The translations under genes and the position numbers were made by a program. A stretch of DNA of 64,000 bases from Balanoglossus misakiensis (Eukaryota > Animalia > Hemichordata), in the NCBI GenBank assembly GCA_040954595.2, contig CM082585.2, forward strand, positions 7,601,253-7,665,252, read 5' to 3'. Each line of letters starts with the position of its first letter. Position 1 is the stretch's first letter. The notes beneath the pieces were generated by a model that ran no database searches, was not told the DNA's origin, and saw nothing but the letters and a program-made list of their open reading frames with translations. Below, piece after piece: positions 1 through 13,350 of this stretch.

Positions 1-58
1 TCAGTAGATCTATAAGTGAATTAAACGTGTTTTATTTCTCTCCTCAAACTCTCTGCAG

Positions 59-3000
59 AAAGATATGGCATGTCGGTATCTGGCAGCAAAGTGCCACGTA
101 AGTTCACACCCTGGAATGTAAAGAGAAAACGCAGTGTCATTGCATGAAACGAGATTCTAAATTGAGTTGATTTTTTGTTGTGATATACCTATACTATTTA
201 TAGTTCAAACAGTTTTGCATACTTCGCTGCTTACCTGTGTTGTTTGAAAAATTATGTTTAAGGTTGCGATACTGAATTGATGTAGATTGATTTCTTGAAG
301 ATAAAATTAAATATTTTGTCTCTGTAGTTTGAGTGCAGAGAGTACCAGGAAGCCTTGGATGTCCTAGACATGATTGACTTCAGTGCAAAGACACCAAACA
401 AACACAAAAAGGAGGAGCTTGGTACAATGGATTTTGACCATGGAATTCCCAAAGCACAGGTAAGTAATATGTGTGGTGGTCTAGGATTACTGTAGATAAG
501 AGTTTTTTACTCTAGTGTCTGCATGTGGGATGGAAGTAGTGTGTGGTCGAACATTGATTCACTATATATCCACGTGTAGAATGACATAAACATTGTCTTA
601 TATCAAACATAGTTAATGGAAAAAGGGCAGCGAGAGTGAGACTTTGTCCTTTTAATATATATGTTTCCTTCAATCTACGGTAGTTAAAAGGATCCATGAG
701 TTTACTGCGAGGCAAAGTTTACGAAGCCATGAATAACCGAGCCCTGGCGGCAGAGAGTTACAAAGAAGCGTTACAAGCGGACGTCTATTGCTGCGAGGCG
801 TTTGATTTACTCGTGCGGCATAACATGCTGACAGCAAAAGAAGGTAATGCTGAGTGCAGTAATACAGAATAATTCGCATTGAACCAGATGAGCATTATCC
901 AAAATGAAGTAGCCAAAACAAATGTTTCTGAGCTAAAATTTACCATGGGTAGAACTCTGCCCAGAGAACTATGTAGTGGGCTGGACAGTGGTTGCATATA
1001 CAAGTTCTGCTACTCATATTATAATTATTCTTTTCCTTTTCACAGAGCAGGCACTGTTAGAATCACTGCCATTTGAACAACAGTGCGTCGAAGGAGATCA
1101 CGATCTCGTGAAATTTTTATACAGAAATAAACTAAACAAGGTAAGTTGTACCATATTACCACATGGGGTTGTAATATAGTTGAGGTGTGTGTGTATATAA
1201 GTCCCTGGGTGTGTCTGCGCATTCATGTGGGTCTCACTAATCGATTCCAATCCTCTCTTTTTTATCAGTTTGACAAACCAAACGCACCTAGCCACCAGCC
1301 AGCCATACACGCCTTGCACGACAACCTAGATGTGATAACCAACCTAGCGGAGAGACACTACTATAATTGCGATTTCAGGACCTGTTACAAAATCACATCC
1401 ACGTGAGTATGACTCGTCCACTCAGCAATTGCACACAGCCCACTACAAGTGCTATGATATATGTATCTTCACGCATTTCCCTGAAAACAACCCTTGTTGC
1501 ATTCTTGATGAAGGCAACTTTAATTTTCTTCACGCTTGTAAGCTTGCATGGAAAATTACCCGATACACGAGGTAACCATGACAACACAATCACCCATTTC
1601 CAACCTAATTTCCGTTGTGTGTTATTGTTCTTTGTTGCTACAGGGTTCTAAATGCAGATCCGTACCACACCCACTGTCTTCCAATACACATAGCGGCTCT
1701 TATAGAACTGAAGAAATCCAATGGTAAGTCTCTGAGTTTTTCTCTTATATACACGGTTCTAATGCAGTAAATCATAGGCTCTCTTTCGATTTGTAGTCAT
1801 GTATGGGCTAACTGGTATTCTTTCCCCTCTCTCTTATAGCATTGTTTTACTTAGCTCACAAACTGGTAGATATGTATCCCAGCCAGGCGGTGGCTTGGTA
1901 TGCTGTGGGATGTTACTACCTGCTGATTGGTAAATTTGAGTTGGCTAGGCGCTATTTCAGGTGAGAACTTAAATAGTGCACTCTAGATGGAGAGAGTTTG
2001 GTTATGTGTGGGGGAAGGGGAAGTAAACGTACCACTAATAAATTTGATACCCTGTATGGATAATTTCATTTTCTTTCAAATGAGCAAATCACCATTTTGA
2101 TGGATGTGTACAAATGACAGAGCAGAGATGGAAATACTGTACCTTCTTAACATGTGTGATGTTCAAATCTTTTTCTACAGCAAATCTGCAACGTTAGATA
2201 GGAACTACGGCCCAGCTTGGTTGGCATTTGGTCACGCTTTTGCAGCTGAAGGTGAACACGACCAGGCAACGGCTGCGTATTTTTCAGCATCACAGATCAT
2301 GAGAGGGTGAGTAGTCATGAAATAGATTTCTTTGTGTTTTAAAATTGCTGTGCGCTGTACGTGGGCAAATGTAAGAGAAGCATGTTCAGGTTTGACAAGA
2401 CAATTCTCTTTGTTTCTCTCTTGTCCAGATGCCACTTACCTATGTTGTACATTGGACTGGAGTACGGTCTCACCAACAATCCTAAGTTGGCTGAGAAATT
2501 CTTCAAACAGGCGTTGAGTATCGCACCAGAGGATCCATTCGTACTCCATGAAATGGGCGTGGTCGCCTACCACAACAACGAGTAAGTGTGACCCAAGAAC
2601 AACAGCAATAGCCCTTTCACCCCCAGTGACCACTTTAGAGGTCCAACCTTACCATAGAAGACAGTGGGTTTGGACTGAACCATGGTGGTGACAATGTAAT
2701 ACTGGTTCTTGTAGTATCAAATTTTCACCAGACTCTGAGTCAAGTCTAAGTGGGAAATATTTCAATGGAATGATTTAGTGAAACCTGTAATATTTATGTG
2801 CATTTTTATTGTTTTGTTATTTCCGTTCCTGTTGCGGCAGTTGGAACACGGCGTTCAAATACTTCAGTGATGCTCTGCGGATAGTGCAGATCATTGGAAC
2901 CGAGATCATGACGGAAAAATGGGAGCCACTCCTGAACAACCTCGGGCATGTGTGCCGGAAAATGGGGTAAGGAAGCGGAGGAGAAAAGTTTGCTTGATTT

Positions 3001-4783
3001 TTGAAGTGTGTAGAGTTCACGTCTTTGTACAATGCAATGTCATGATGGCGAAGCAGTAATTTGTGATTTCTTTTATGGTGTCCACCCATTTAGTATTTAT
3101 CTCTCCCAAAATTGCTCATGCTGTTTCTTCAGATCTTCTGCATAAATCATCTCGATATTTTTTTAATCATCATTGCTTTTTTCCTTTCTGCCAGGAATTA
3201 TGATGAAGCTCTAGAATATCACCAGCAAGCACTCGTCCTCTGTCCCCAGAATCCATCGACGTATTCAGCCATCGGTTTTGTTCACAGTCTGAAGAAGAAT
3301 TTCGCCCAAGCAGTGGATTACTTCCACAAGGTATGTCCTATACAACCCCTCCCCCTCCCACCCTGCATTCTACTCATGAGAATGTGCAATGATATCCCTC
3401 AGTTATTCAGCTTTTAAAGGAACAGTGTACACCTGCCTTATACCACACTGCATTGAAATTGGTCACTTCTGTGTTAAACGGTTGATGTACAACGCACACA
3501 TTCAAAAATTACAAGTGAAATGCAATTATAGTTGACACCAATGAAACCTGATATATTTCTGGTGATATTGGCCCCCCGTTCTTTGTCATCCATGGTGGGG
3601 AAATTTAATAAAATCCCTCGTGTCACGAGTCTAGTTTGGCTCCTGACAAACCCCTGTCAATGAACACACCATTTTTTAAAACACCAGTGAGCACAGTTCC
3701 ACGGTTACATACTCTGGGAATAGTTGAGCAAAGCAAGGAGTCTCATTCCCACTTACATGTCAAATTGAAGCCAAGCGTCTGTGTACAGAAACACTCCACG
3801 CATGTCATTTGCAAACAAACATGATCGCAATCAGTACCGTACTCGCATGCGGCCTGGGTTCTGCCCACACAAAATGCACAAACAAGCCCAGTACACCAAA
3901 CAGCCAAAAATACTGCATATCCGAACAGCTCAGCATGTCTAGTAGAAGGACGCAAACATTTCAATTCTCGACTTCGGCCTACGTGCGATGGAAACCATAC
4001 AGGTATCATGATAGCAGTAAAATGCATGTAGCAGAGAACCTCTGAACTCTGACCTGCTTCATTAGCATACCAACTCTGAAACAAAAGCTTGCAATTTGCT
4101 CAAGAAATCGGCTGGACGGAAGATGGCTCCAATTAGGCAAATGAGGTAAATTTTCATCTTTGAAAATGAAAACTCTTAAAATTTGTACATTTTATATTTT
4201 TGAAAGCAAAATGTCGAACGAAAATTAACATCTCTTGCGTATTGTTTTCTTCCATTTTCAGGCCCTGGGAGTGAAGAGAGATGATACTATATCAGTCACC
4301 ATGTTAGCTGATACTGTAGTTTTACACATAGACGGCATTGAACCTTGCGAAGGTATGTGCCTGTTTTTAGGTCCCATTTGGTATATGTCTATATACCATT
4401 GAGACCTTATTGGATGGCTTGCATCTGTATGTATGTATGTGAGTTTCTGGGTACAGAGGGCCTACACAGTGCATGGTTGCTAGTGCTATGGAAAGTTCCC
4501 TTTCTGTTCACGGCCTCGTTTTAATGAAGATCGCCCTCACAGACAGAGTTACACTTTGACTTGCTATCAGTTGTTTCGTATGGGACCCATACATGCAGCT
4601 GCCAAAATTCCAGTGGCTGAGATTAGATATATATGTTTTGTCTTTTTCGTCGTAGGTGGTGACATGACTGACTTGGAAGGGAAGTTAAACATCACATCTC
4701 TGGGGACGCCCAAAGAAGACACCAGAGATGAATTTACCTCGGCACTGGACAGTACAATCGAGGAAGTTGAAATGGAAGACTGA
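59..4783 (+). CDS. CDC16: Cell division cycle protein 16 / APC6 (TPR subunit of APC/C); 5'-truncated by the window edge, about 13 exons visible
   Basis: GT-AG exons at approx. 59-97, 328-459, 684-843, 1046-1140, 1269-1402, 1644-1722, 1840-1960, 2181-2307, 2430-2581, 2842-2966, 3195-3330, 4262-4352, 4656-4783. They give CDC16-typical peptides CRYLAAKCH, LLRGKVYEAMNNR, YGPAWLAFGHAFAAEGEHDQATAAY, CHLPMLYIGLEY, IAPEDPFVLHEMGVV, EKWEPLLNNLGHVCRK. Stop TGA at 4781-4783. Confidence 0.95.
2611..2699. mobile_element. Degenerate copy of a short piggyBac-like MITE in a CDC16 intron
   Basis: Shares gtccaac..taccatag and tttggactgaaccatggtg.tga with the reverse complement of 21250-21337. Confidence 0.55.
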
Positions 4784-5122
4784 TACAGCATCAACACAAT
4801 ACCTTGCACATTACCCACACACTGGCAACCACAATGTATTTATGAACTGTTTAAAGGGCCAGACAAACTCTGTAGTTACACACCTCTTAACCATTAAAAG
4901 ATGACTTGGCAGTTGAATTCCTGGCAAACTGTCTTTAACCAGTTCGACAGAAAGTCATGTCTGTCAGTACATGTGATCTGGTAAAAACTACCCGAAATGT
5001 TGATAAACTCGGTAAAAATTCACAGAAAGAGTGTTGCATAGATGTATAGCTTTTCGATGTAAAATTTTACTTGACCTAAAAATTTGCGATAACTCATAAG
5101 CAGTCTTAATTTGTGACCTGAC

Positions 5123-5133
5123 AATAAAATAAA
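5123..5133 (+). promoter_or_regulatory. Candidate polyadenylation signal of CDC16 (overlapping AATAAA x2)
   Basis: aataaaataaa about 340 bp downstream of the CDC16 stop, followed by GT-rich sequence. Motif evidence only. Confidence 0.4.
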
Positions 5134-7566
5134 ATGTTACTGACATCAACCAGACTGTTGTTATTGTCTGTGTATTTGAGAAGCTTAAATAATTTAGGAA
5201 GTGCATGTACTTTCATCCAGATAGGAATACATATCAACATACATGTAATATTACGTGACAGGATGCCGCATAATGCTATATCTCATACTCTGTGTTGCCT
5301 GGCAACAGTCCATGTTGCTTAGCAGCGAAGATGATGGGATGATTTCTCTTGGCGTCTATGCCGCTGTCATAATAAGCAGATAAGCTGACATTGAAAAAAA
5401 GATTCTATTTTCAAGGTCACTGTTACATTAAACCAGGATCTCTTCTTGTAACCGTAAGTAAACCCACTGTACTCCCTTGCCCATCCTCCAGATAATATGG
5501 CTGCCAGCGTTAAACCTCAATAGTGCATTCCTCGTGCCGGGGATATTTCAATATTACCATAGCAACCACCACAATGAGACGAGGGTCTTCCCAAAATGAA
5601 GGGTTCAGATTCGAACTTCACAAAGAAAAATTTTACATTTATTGCCATTAATCATAAAAGACACAAAATATAACAATTATGAATGAAAGTCATGAGTAAG
5701 ATATGAAGGAACAACAATTTATAAAAAGATAATATCGCCATTTCCTCTGTTATTAAGTATTGAATGTAGGTATTAAATAATTTGGGTATTCCAGACCATC
5801 CCAAGACATTGTATGAGAAGAAATCACTGGTCTGGAAGAAAACTCCAAGACCAATCGTATAACAATTTACTTAAATCAATATTTGTCAAACCTTTTAGAC
5901 AACAAATGTTCGTATTTATATTACTCTAATAAATTTTCGCGCTTCAGATAAAGCTAGACCTTGATCACGTGATACGCTCCAGGCATGAAAATCTTATGTT
6001 ATTATGTCATCAAAATGTCAGCCATTCGGCGTACAAAAATATACTTTTTTTACAAAATAGTTTTTTGATGTCTCTGCCCCATAAATCTTACAGGTGGTAC
6101 TTAATTTCTTAATTTAACAGCGAGCGCCGCATTTCTCTATGCCTCTACAGAGTGATGTTAAAATCTTGCATTGGTATACCTAACTTGGTTTTTACTTCAT
6201 GCTAGGGGGTCAGATCGCATTACAATAATTTAATTGCGGGTAAATCGGTCGACAAGTCACTGTAGTAAGAATTTGAAGAGATGATATGTTACCTGTATTT
6301 CTCTCTCACTCTAAAACCTCTGTCTTTGTAATAAGCATAATTCGTTTTGGTGTACAACTACTTAGTAGATTTTTTTTCAAACAGCAAGAACGTGTGCATT
6401 TCAAAGATTATACACTAATGGGTCGTTGAGGTGGATTTCCCTGCCTTGACCTGATTCAACAAAGCCACTTAGCTTACAAATCGGCCCTGCTACTCATGCG
6501 CTGTGTGATTAGTTTAAGAAGATGAGAGTAAAGTAGATGAAATTCGAGTAACTTGGAGCTTTTTTTCTGATAAACAAGCATTATTTCGACTCGATGGCAA
6601 GATCGGGTGACTTCAAGTTCACATTTCAATGAAAATCGTGATCTAGTGCCTATGTATTACCCTTCATCAAATTACAGTTTATCATAATAGAAAGTTATAT
6701 ATTCTTGAAGTGTCTGAAATTACAAAAACACACAAAATAGAACGTACTAAAACTGTTCTTACTGTAATATAAACTATCCTACACTGACAGAAAAATGTAT
6801 TCGCAAGAAAAAAGACACCCTGTTTCGATTAGGATATTGCTCAAAAACCACACGAAATTATCTCGAAATTATCTCCATTACTTGACTGAGTTACATATAT
6901 AAACAAGTTCCTTCATCTTTATGAAAAACAACAATCTTGAATGGTCGAAGTTTTTTAGCAATGTTAAAAATGATTAACAAACAATCAGTTATCGATTAGA
7001 TATTTGTGATCATCTGGAGAACGCAGAATGTGAACCGCATTTTAAGCCCAAACGTGTAAATGTAGACTTTGGTCTGTTTAGTTCAGCACGTTAAAGATAT
7101 ACATGTGCAGTTCTTGGATTTCTAATACTGTTTTTGTTTTCCAATACGACATGAGATATGCAAATGACGTTGAACTGAGTGGACATTCAACGCATCTTCT
7201 TTATTAGTAGCTCGAGATTTAATTGTTCGGTTTTGAAAACCCAGAAAATGCACATGAATGAAGCTTCCGGTCGAAGACAGTGCTCTTCTTTTTTCATCCG
7301 AGCCATCTGTTGCGACGTCCTGCCCTATTTGACAGATTCGCGTGTACAAAGGAAATGAATACGCCAACCGTCTTGTCTCCATATCGAATATGATTTTGCC
7401 CTGCGGGGCCATACTGGAACGCCAATCAACTGTTTTCTCGCCCAGTCAAATTCATTTAGATTGGCGGTTCCACCTCGGGATGCGCGCCCTGTGTTCATTA
7501 AAATAAAACTAGACTCGCATCGCCGTTAATAGTGAGGTATGGATATCCGACGATCGCCACCTCCGC

Positions 7567-10260
7567 TTACTCCTTGTTAAACGACAGGGAGCTCTCGTTC
7601 GCTTCTGTCGGCGACGATTCGTCGTTGATTTTATCGAAATCGCTGAGTTCCACGCTCACCCGCGCTATCTCGTTTCTGTCTTTAGATTTTCTTCTTCTCC
7701 CGGCGGCCAAGGACGGGACCTCCAGCGAGGAATGTTTGGTGTAGTCAACCATTGTCTCTGAAATGAGAAGGGCGAAATTCTAATTAGATAGTTCAAAGGG
7801 AGTGTCGGTGCAAGTACAACACGACAAAGTGTACAGTATAACTGTCTATAGTGGTATAACGTATTATTCTGTCTTCTGAATTATGTTCTCTTATGTCATA
7901 GATAGGTTGCTCACGTTGGTTGACTTGTGAGTTCGGTCCGCAGGGAACAGAACAAATTCAGGATTGATATAATGATATGTCACGTGAACGACATGTCACG
8001 TGAAACAAGAGGAGACACATTTATGATAAAAGTTGGCGACTCACTCTCTCTCCCCTTCAAGGGCAGTTCTCATGTTGTGTTCTACCTCCTATCCACTACA
8101 AATAGTGCACGGTGTCTCAATAATGAAGACAGCCACATGTGGTATCAAATATCTCATTAGGGCCCCCTTTAATATTACGACCGATCAAATCATATTACGA
8201 AATCATTTTATCTTGTTTTTCATTTCACATCCTCGCTGTTCTCAAGAAACTGCAATTATCTTTTTTTAATATCGCCGTCGTCATGGATACACGCTCAGCT
8301 GGGGAAACTGAACAGCCTCGAGGCGATGTTTAGTCCCTGTCTACTTACCAAACGTATAGTATCTCGGCATTGACTTTAACATACTCTAGTGACGTCACGT
8401 CCTTAAAGGGAGAGACTTAATGGAGGGGCACGTACATGAAAACGTGCATTAAGGGATAATGGCACTCACTTCCGACATTATTATCTTATTTTCTTTTGAT
8501 TCCTTATTGATGTCATTTTTCTTCGCTAAAATGCACTCAGAGGTCAGTTGTCACAGATCAACACACACACACTACATATGGGCATAACATCTGACTGCCA
8601 CTATGGAACGATTTTTGGTATTTACCATAACTTGAATGATTGACACACGAGTTCTGAGAATGCTCAGCTGTGCTCTATGATCGTGCTTGGATAGCTATTG
8701 AATGGCTATTAGCAGCTATATTCTATTATCAGCCGTCTTTAGTCGTTCTTGGACGAGTGTCCGTGGTGGCTATTAGCGCCGGTTACTAGGGTATTCTCAT
8801 AATGTCATTATTCCGTCTATGGACTTGAAATGACAAAACTTTATAATTATGTGTTTTTCGTGTGGATTTTCAACAGGTGTGCTTCGGGAGAGCTATACTA
8901 CTCGTGTCCATTGTGTAGGCCAAGTTGGCAGATGGCGAGTTTGACATGTCGAGAGGGCTATTGCAGATAAACAATTGAATTTGAAAGCTACTGTGAAAAG
9001 AAGATAATGAGGTAAGATATGCTGGTATTATTCATCAGACTGCAAGTCCAGAACCCGAAAGACCTTTTATACATCATAATACATCTGAATGTTTGTGATA
9101 CGAGTAATCATACAATGCATCCCTGGGGTACATGTAATACAAAGCATAGCTGGTCGAAACTGATTGCAGATGAAAATACCGGCAAAAAATATCTGCATTG
9201 GTGGGAAAACTCGTCTCCATGGAAACGGGCGACAGTAGGATAATGATGTGTTGACAGCCGGAGAATACCGGGTGTTAGCTGTTCACGCGGTAATGTGTCA
9301 CGTGCACAAACGATATGGTCATACATGCAGGTTTTTTTGTGGGAAGGGGGGGGGGGCGAAAAAAATGAACAAAGATGGAATGGTTATCGATCCGCGATCT
9401 GTTCGATATGACTGGCGTCCACGACATGGCGAACAAGTGTCTGCGAGACATCCTTACATAGTATAAAGTCTCTGTGTACGCATCTGTCTGTCTGTGTGTG
9501 TCTGTCTGCCTGCCTGTCTGTCTGTCTCAAACTCAACTTAAGACCGGATTTATCACTAATACGATTCATAATCCATGCGATTAAGCCAATACGCTTGACA
9601 GTACCACGGGTAACCTCGGGAGAGATATTATCATTTGCGCCGAGCCTGAACAATCCCTTTCCCCCGTAGTTGAGATGTGCATCACTGGATTGTTGAAATT
9701 GCTGATATTTTCCCCCTATATTTTCGCGTTTCTCAGTTATCCGTGTTCATTGCTGAACCTTTAATCAAAATAATTAACCTTTACTAAGATTGTCGTGCTG
9801 TTACCACTTATGTAATCTCTTCATTTCCCCAAGTGATGATTGAAATTACGTCATGACAACTGAACCGAGAGAAACGCAGCGTTATCGACGACGATGCGCA
9901 ATATATAATTTATGTCACTGAAGAAAGGTCGCAAAATATAAAAACATGATTACATGCAGCATATCAAAACGGGTGAACCATCGCGTATATCATACAGGTT
10001 CGCGGTTGTTATGTCACATATCCATCTTCCGTCGCCCACCACGGTCGTGCTCTCTGAAAAAATTAAAGAGACTGCCGTCGAAGCCAACGACCCGTGCTAT
10101 GCAGGCGAACGACGATGATCTTACCTGGGGGAGTCTTTTCCTTACCGTCGGGTTCGCCGCGCTCTCTCGATATCACGGACGAGCACGTGTCGAATTCGCT
10201 CTGTTCTCCGTAAGTCATCCTGGCCATGCGTATCTTGTGTGAGCTGGAGCCGCATCCCAT
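7567..10260 (-). CDS. Small (~101-108 aa) uncharacterised protein with an N-terminal MGCGSS myristoylation/palmitoylation motif; two coding exons
   Basis: Exon 1 at 10260-10146 (MGCGSSSHKIRMARMTYGEQSEFDTCSSVISRERGEPD) ends at a phase-1 GTAAG donor; a second phase-1 GTAAG donor follows 10125. Acceptor cttctcatttcag precedes 7757 and joins in frame (G|AG ACA ATG) to MVDYTKHSSLEVPSLAAGRRRKSKD...SFNKE*. No family recognised. Confidence 0.6.
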
Positions 10261-10695
10261 TATTACTGGCCAGAAACACGGGCGCCGGAAATAGACAGAT
10301 GGGTGGAGGGGATGAAAAAAGAAATAGGTCGCCAGAATCAGTACTGCGATCTCCGTCACTTCCTTGAGCGTCAGAGGCAACGCAGTTCCAGATTCTCCGT
10401 TGTGGAGGGTAAGGGCCTACTGCTTAGAAACTGAGTTCATGATCAAAGCACCGGTTTCGCTTCTTCATCCGCCAAGGCATCACGGAAACGCTAGATTATC
10501 AGTTGATTCTCGCGAAGAAAACACTCCATGATGAACGACCACAGCCTAGGCGATGCAAGTCACTGTGAAAGTCACGGCCATTTCAAAATAGACCACCCGC
10601 TACCGAGGAGAAATGACTTTGTGTAGCGCGAAAGCGGTTCTGGATTCCACGATTGAGATTCAGGTCATCCGAGATGGAGTTGTGTTCACCACCAT

Positions 10696-10724
10696 TATCA
10701 TCATCATCATCATCATCATCATCA
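10696..10724. repeat. (ATC)n microsatellite
   Basis: Direct reading; about 9 units. Confidence 0.85.
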
Positions 10725-13350
10725 TTGGTGACAAATCCACTAACACGCGGAATCAGCGTCTTCGTGGGGATCCTATCACGGCTGCGCAATGGAACACCTC
10801 TTCAGAATTCACATCCCCGGCAAATGTGGTTAAATCCGAGATCTGCTGCTGCTGCTACCGCGGAAGGTCCAACAACGATCATCCCTTCCGAAGTCGTTCG
10901 CGTTCGGCGCATCAGCCATCAACAGTTTCATCCTGCGCGGCGCTCCGATCTCTTCTCGAGCCCTGTGCGGTGATGACGTATACCGCCGACATCGATTTCA
11001 ACAGCCCCTTGAGCGACCAATCGCAGAGATGAAGCTTGTACTGCATGCACGATGAACGGCGGAAGTGGGATGTTTTATACGAATATGCATGCGCATCTGT
11101 GCAGTTTCGCTCACCTGCAAGGGATGCTTCAAACCTCCGCCATCACGAGGAATCGTCGATCGCGATCGCAAGAGATCTTTAAATGTCGCTTGAACAGACT
11201 GCAGTGTACCACACTTCAGCAGTAATCTGGGTCTCACGCACCAACGTCAGTTTCGACTATTGATCGTTTCTGGAAAATGGAATGGATTTAGGCGCCTAAT
11301 AGGTGGATGGATATTCTGTCTCTTTGCTCAGAAAGCACTGATTGCGAGGGTACTGAGCTGTTAGGCAGCGTTCACAAACACTTCTGGTGGGGATGGGAGA
11401 ATTAAGGGGGGGGGCTTAAAAATCGGACACTATGACACTAAAATAAAAAAAACAGCTATGTGTATTACAATCAATATTACTGATCTAGAGAGAGGGGAGA
11501 GAGACAGGCAGACTGATACAGAGAATGTACCTGTTCTCTTTACATATTGGTATTTCCGCATTTTCCTCTAATAAATGTGCTCAAAATGTGTCCATTTTGA
11601 GGTCATTAGAAACTTATCCTAAACGCCTTACCACTGAATTACGAAAACATGATATACGTTATAAGTTTTTTAAAGACAAAAGTTTTCGCCAGCCCTGAAT
11701 AATAATCTAGGGCTCACAGCGAAAGTTGACTTTAGAAAAATCTGGCAAGCCATGTCATTCTCACAGCTGTTTCTCTGTCTTCAATTTCCGGGCGAATCCA
11801 CAGAGAGAGAGTTTGTCAATGTCACGACACATGTGCCAAAAATCGACTGGAAATAATAGGGCAGAAATAACTTTAATGGCACCGCGATCTCAACCTTGTC
11901 ATCTGGGCGATTCGGCATTTCTGTCAAAAGAACATCTTCTTTCGGAAACAGACAAATTTGATGCTTTCAGCGCAAACTGCGCGGTTTCTCAATTTCCTCC
12001 CATGGCAACGGGCATCTGATGATCTCAAATGACGCCGATGAGAGTCGAAGTTCAACAGAAAGGCCGGAACAGAATAATTTACAAAATTCTAGGGGGGGGG
12101 GGGTACGTAAATGGTGTTTGTCTCCGGGTTTGGTATACGTGTCTTTGATGTGGGCAGGCGCGCGTTTGGCAATGACGTCATTGCGCAGGGCGAGCGTGCT
12201 GAAAATACGCGTTTAAGCATACCCGTAACAGTTGGGTCCATTCTTGGCGATGTGCTGTTTTCCTTCCGACTTGTTGTCGCAGGCTTCACTCGAAAGTGCC
12301 CATGACACATTCAAATGCCAAAGGAACCCAGACAATGTAAGTCAACGCCCTCAAACGAAGCCAAAAGCGAAATCCTTGTATGAGCTAAAGTTTCAATATT
12401 CTTTTAAAGCCAACGAATGTTATTAAAATTCCATATGCGTGTCTACCGGCAGATGACCTGAACAGGAAATTATAGATGGAAAATGAACAATATTGTATAG
12501 ATTGTTAAAAATCCAATTATACTCAGTGTTTTGTAGCATTAGCACTAGCAGTGGGAGAAAATCTCATCTCAGACAACAAAATCCCAGCTATCCACAACTT
12601 TAATTATATTGATTAGAATGATGTTAACATATGACAATCAGTTCTTTAATTTCCGGGCAGATATTGAAGGACGATAACAATCACATGTTTTTGCAGAATG
12701 AAAGCAGTGAATACATAGCCATATGTTGAACCCCAAAGAGGTCACACCATTTTAATAACTTACTTTTAAACATATAAATCCATACAATACATTCAGAGAA
12801 TGAAAATATTTCTGGTAATGTATTTTATAACGAAAGGTTGTAGTTTCATGTGTGTTCAGCTTATCCTACACGTTGAAGGCACAGGTGTGTGGCACAAGAA
12901 ATAGTCTCCAAGAGTTTGGCCACCATAATTGCAATTCCCTAAAATCATATTCATAAAACTACTTCAAAAATACTAAGGAAAAGTAACACAGTAAATATAC
13001 ACTGAAGTGATTGAAGCTGTGCTTCACAAGGAAAAAAGGCTGTAACTTTTGATAATTTTATTTTCTCAGAATTGTCCTGTATGTTGACTGTGGTACGTTG
13101 TTTTATTACAGTATTCTGTTCAGGATGAAACCGCATTCGTTGTTAGAAAACAGTCAGGATACCAAACTTCAAAAGGATAATTATATAATAAAGGACTTGA
13201 TCATTGTATTTTAAATTTAATTAAGTGTTACATAATTTTGATAAAAGAGTGAGCCTCACTATGTACAAATGTAAGTGTATGAAATTAGCTTTAAATGTTT
13301 TTAGGATAACTTGTAAAACTTTCATTCACAACTGCCACTGTCCATCTTGG

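Noticed and set aside
8402-8520. TTAA-AGGG/GGG starts resembling Kolobok-type transposon ends (also ~3414 and ~33874)
   Set aside because: No matching second end or TSD could be located by eye.
10583-12426. Several 60-139 aa ORFs upstream of the small gene
   Set aside because: No recognisable domains or consistent exon structure; partly microsatellite-derived.
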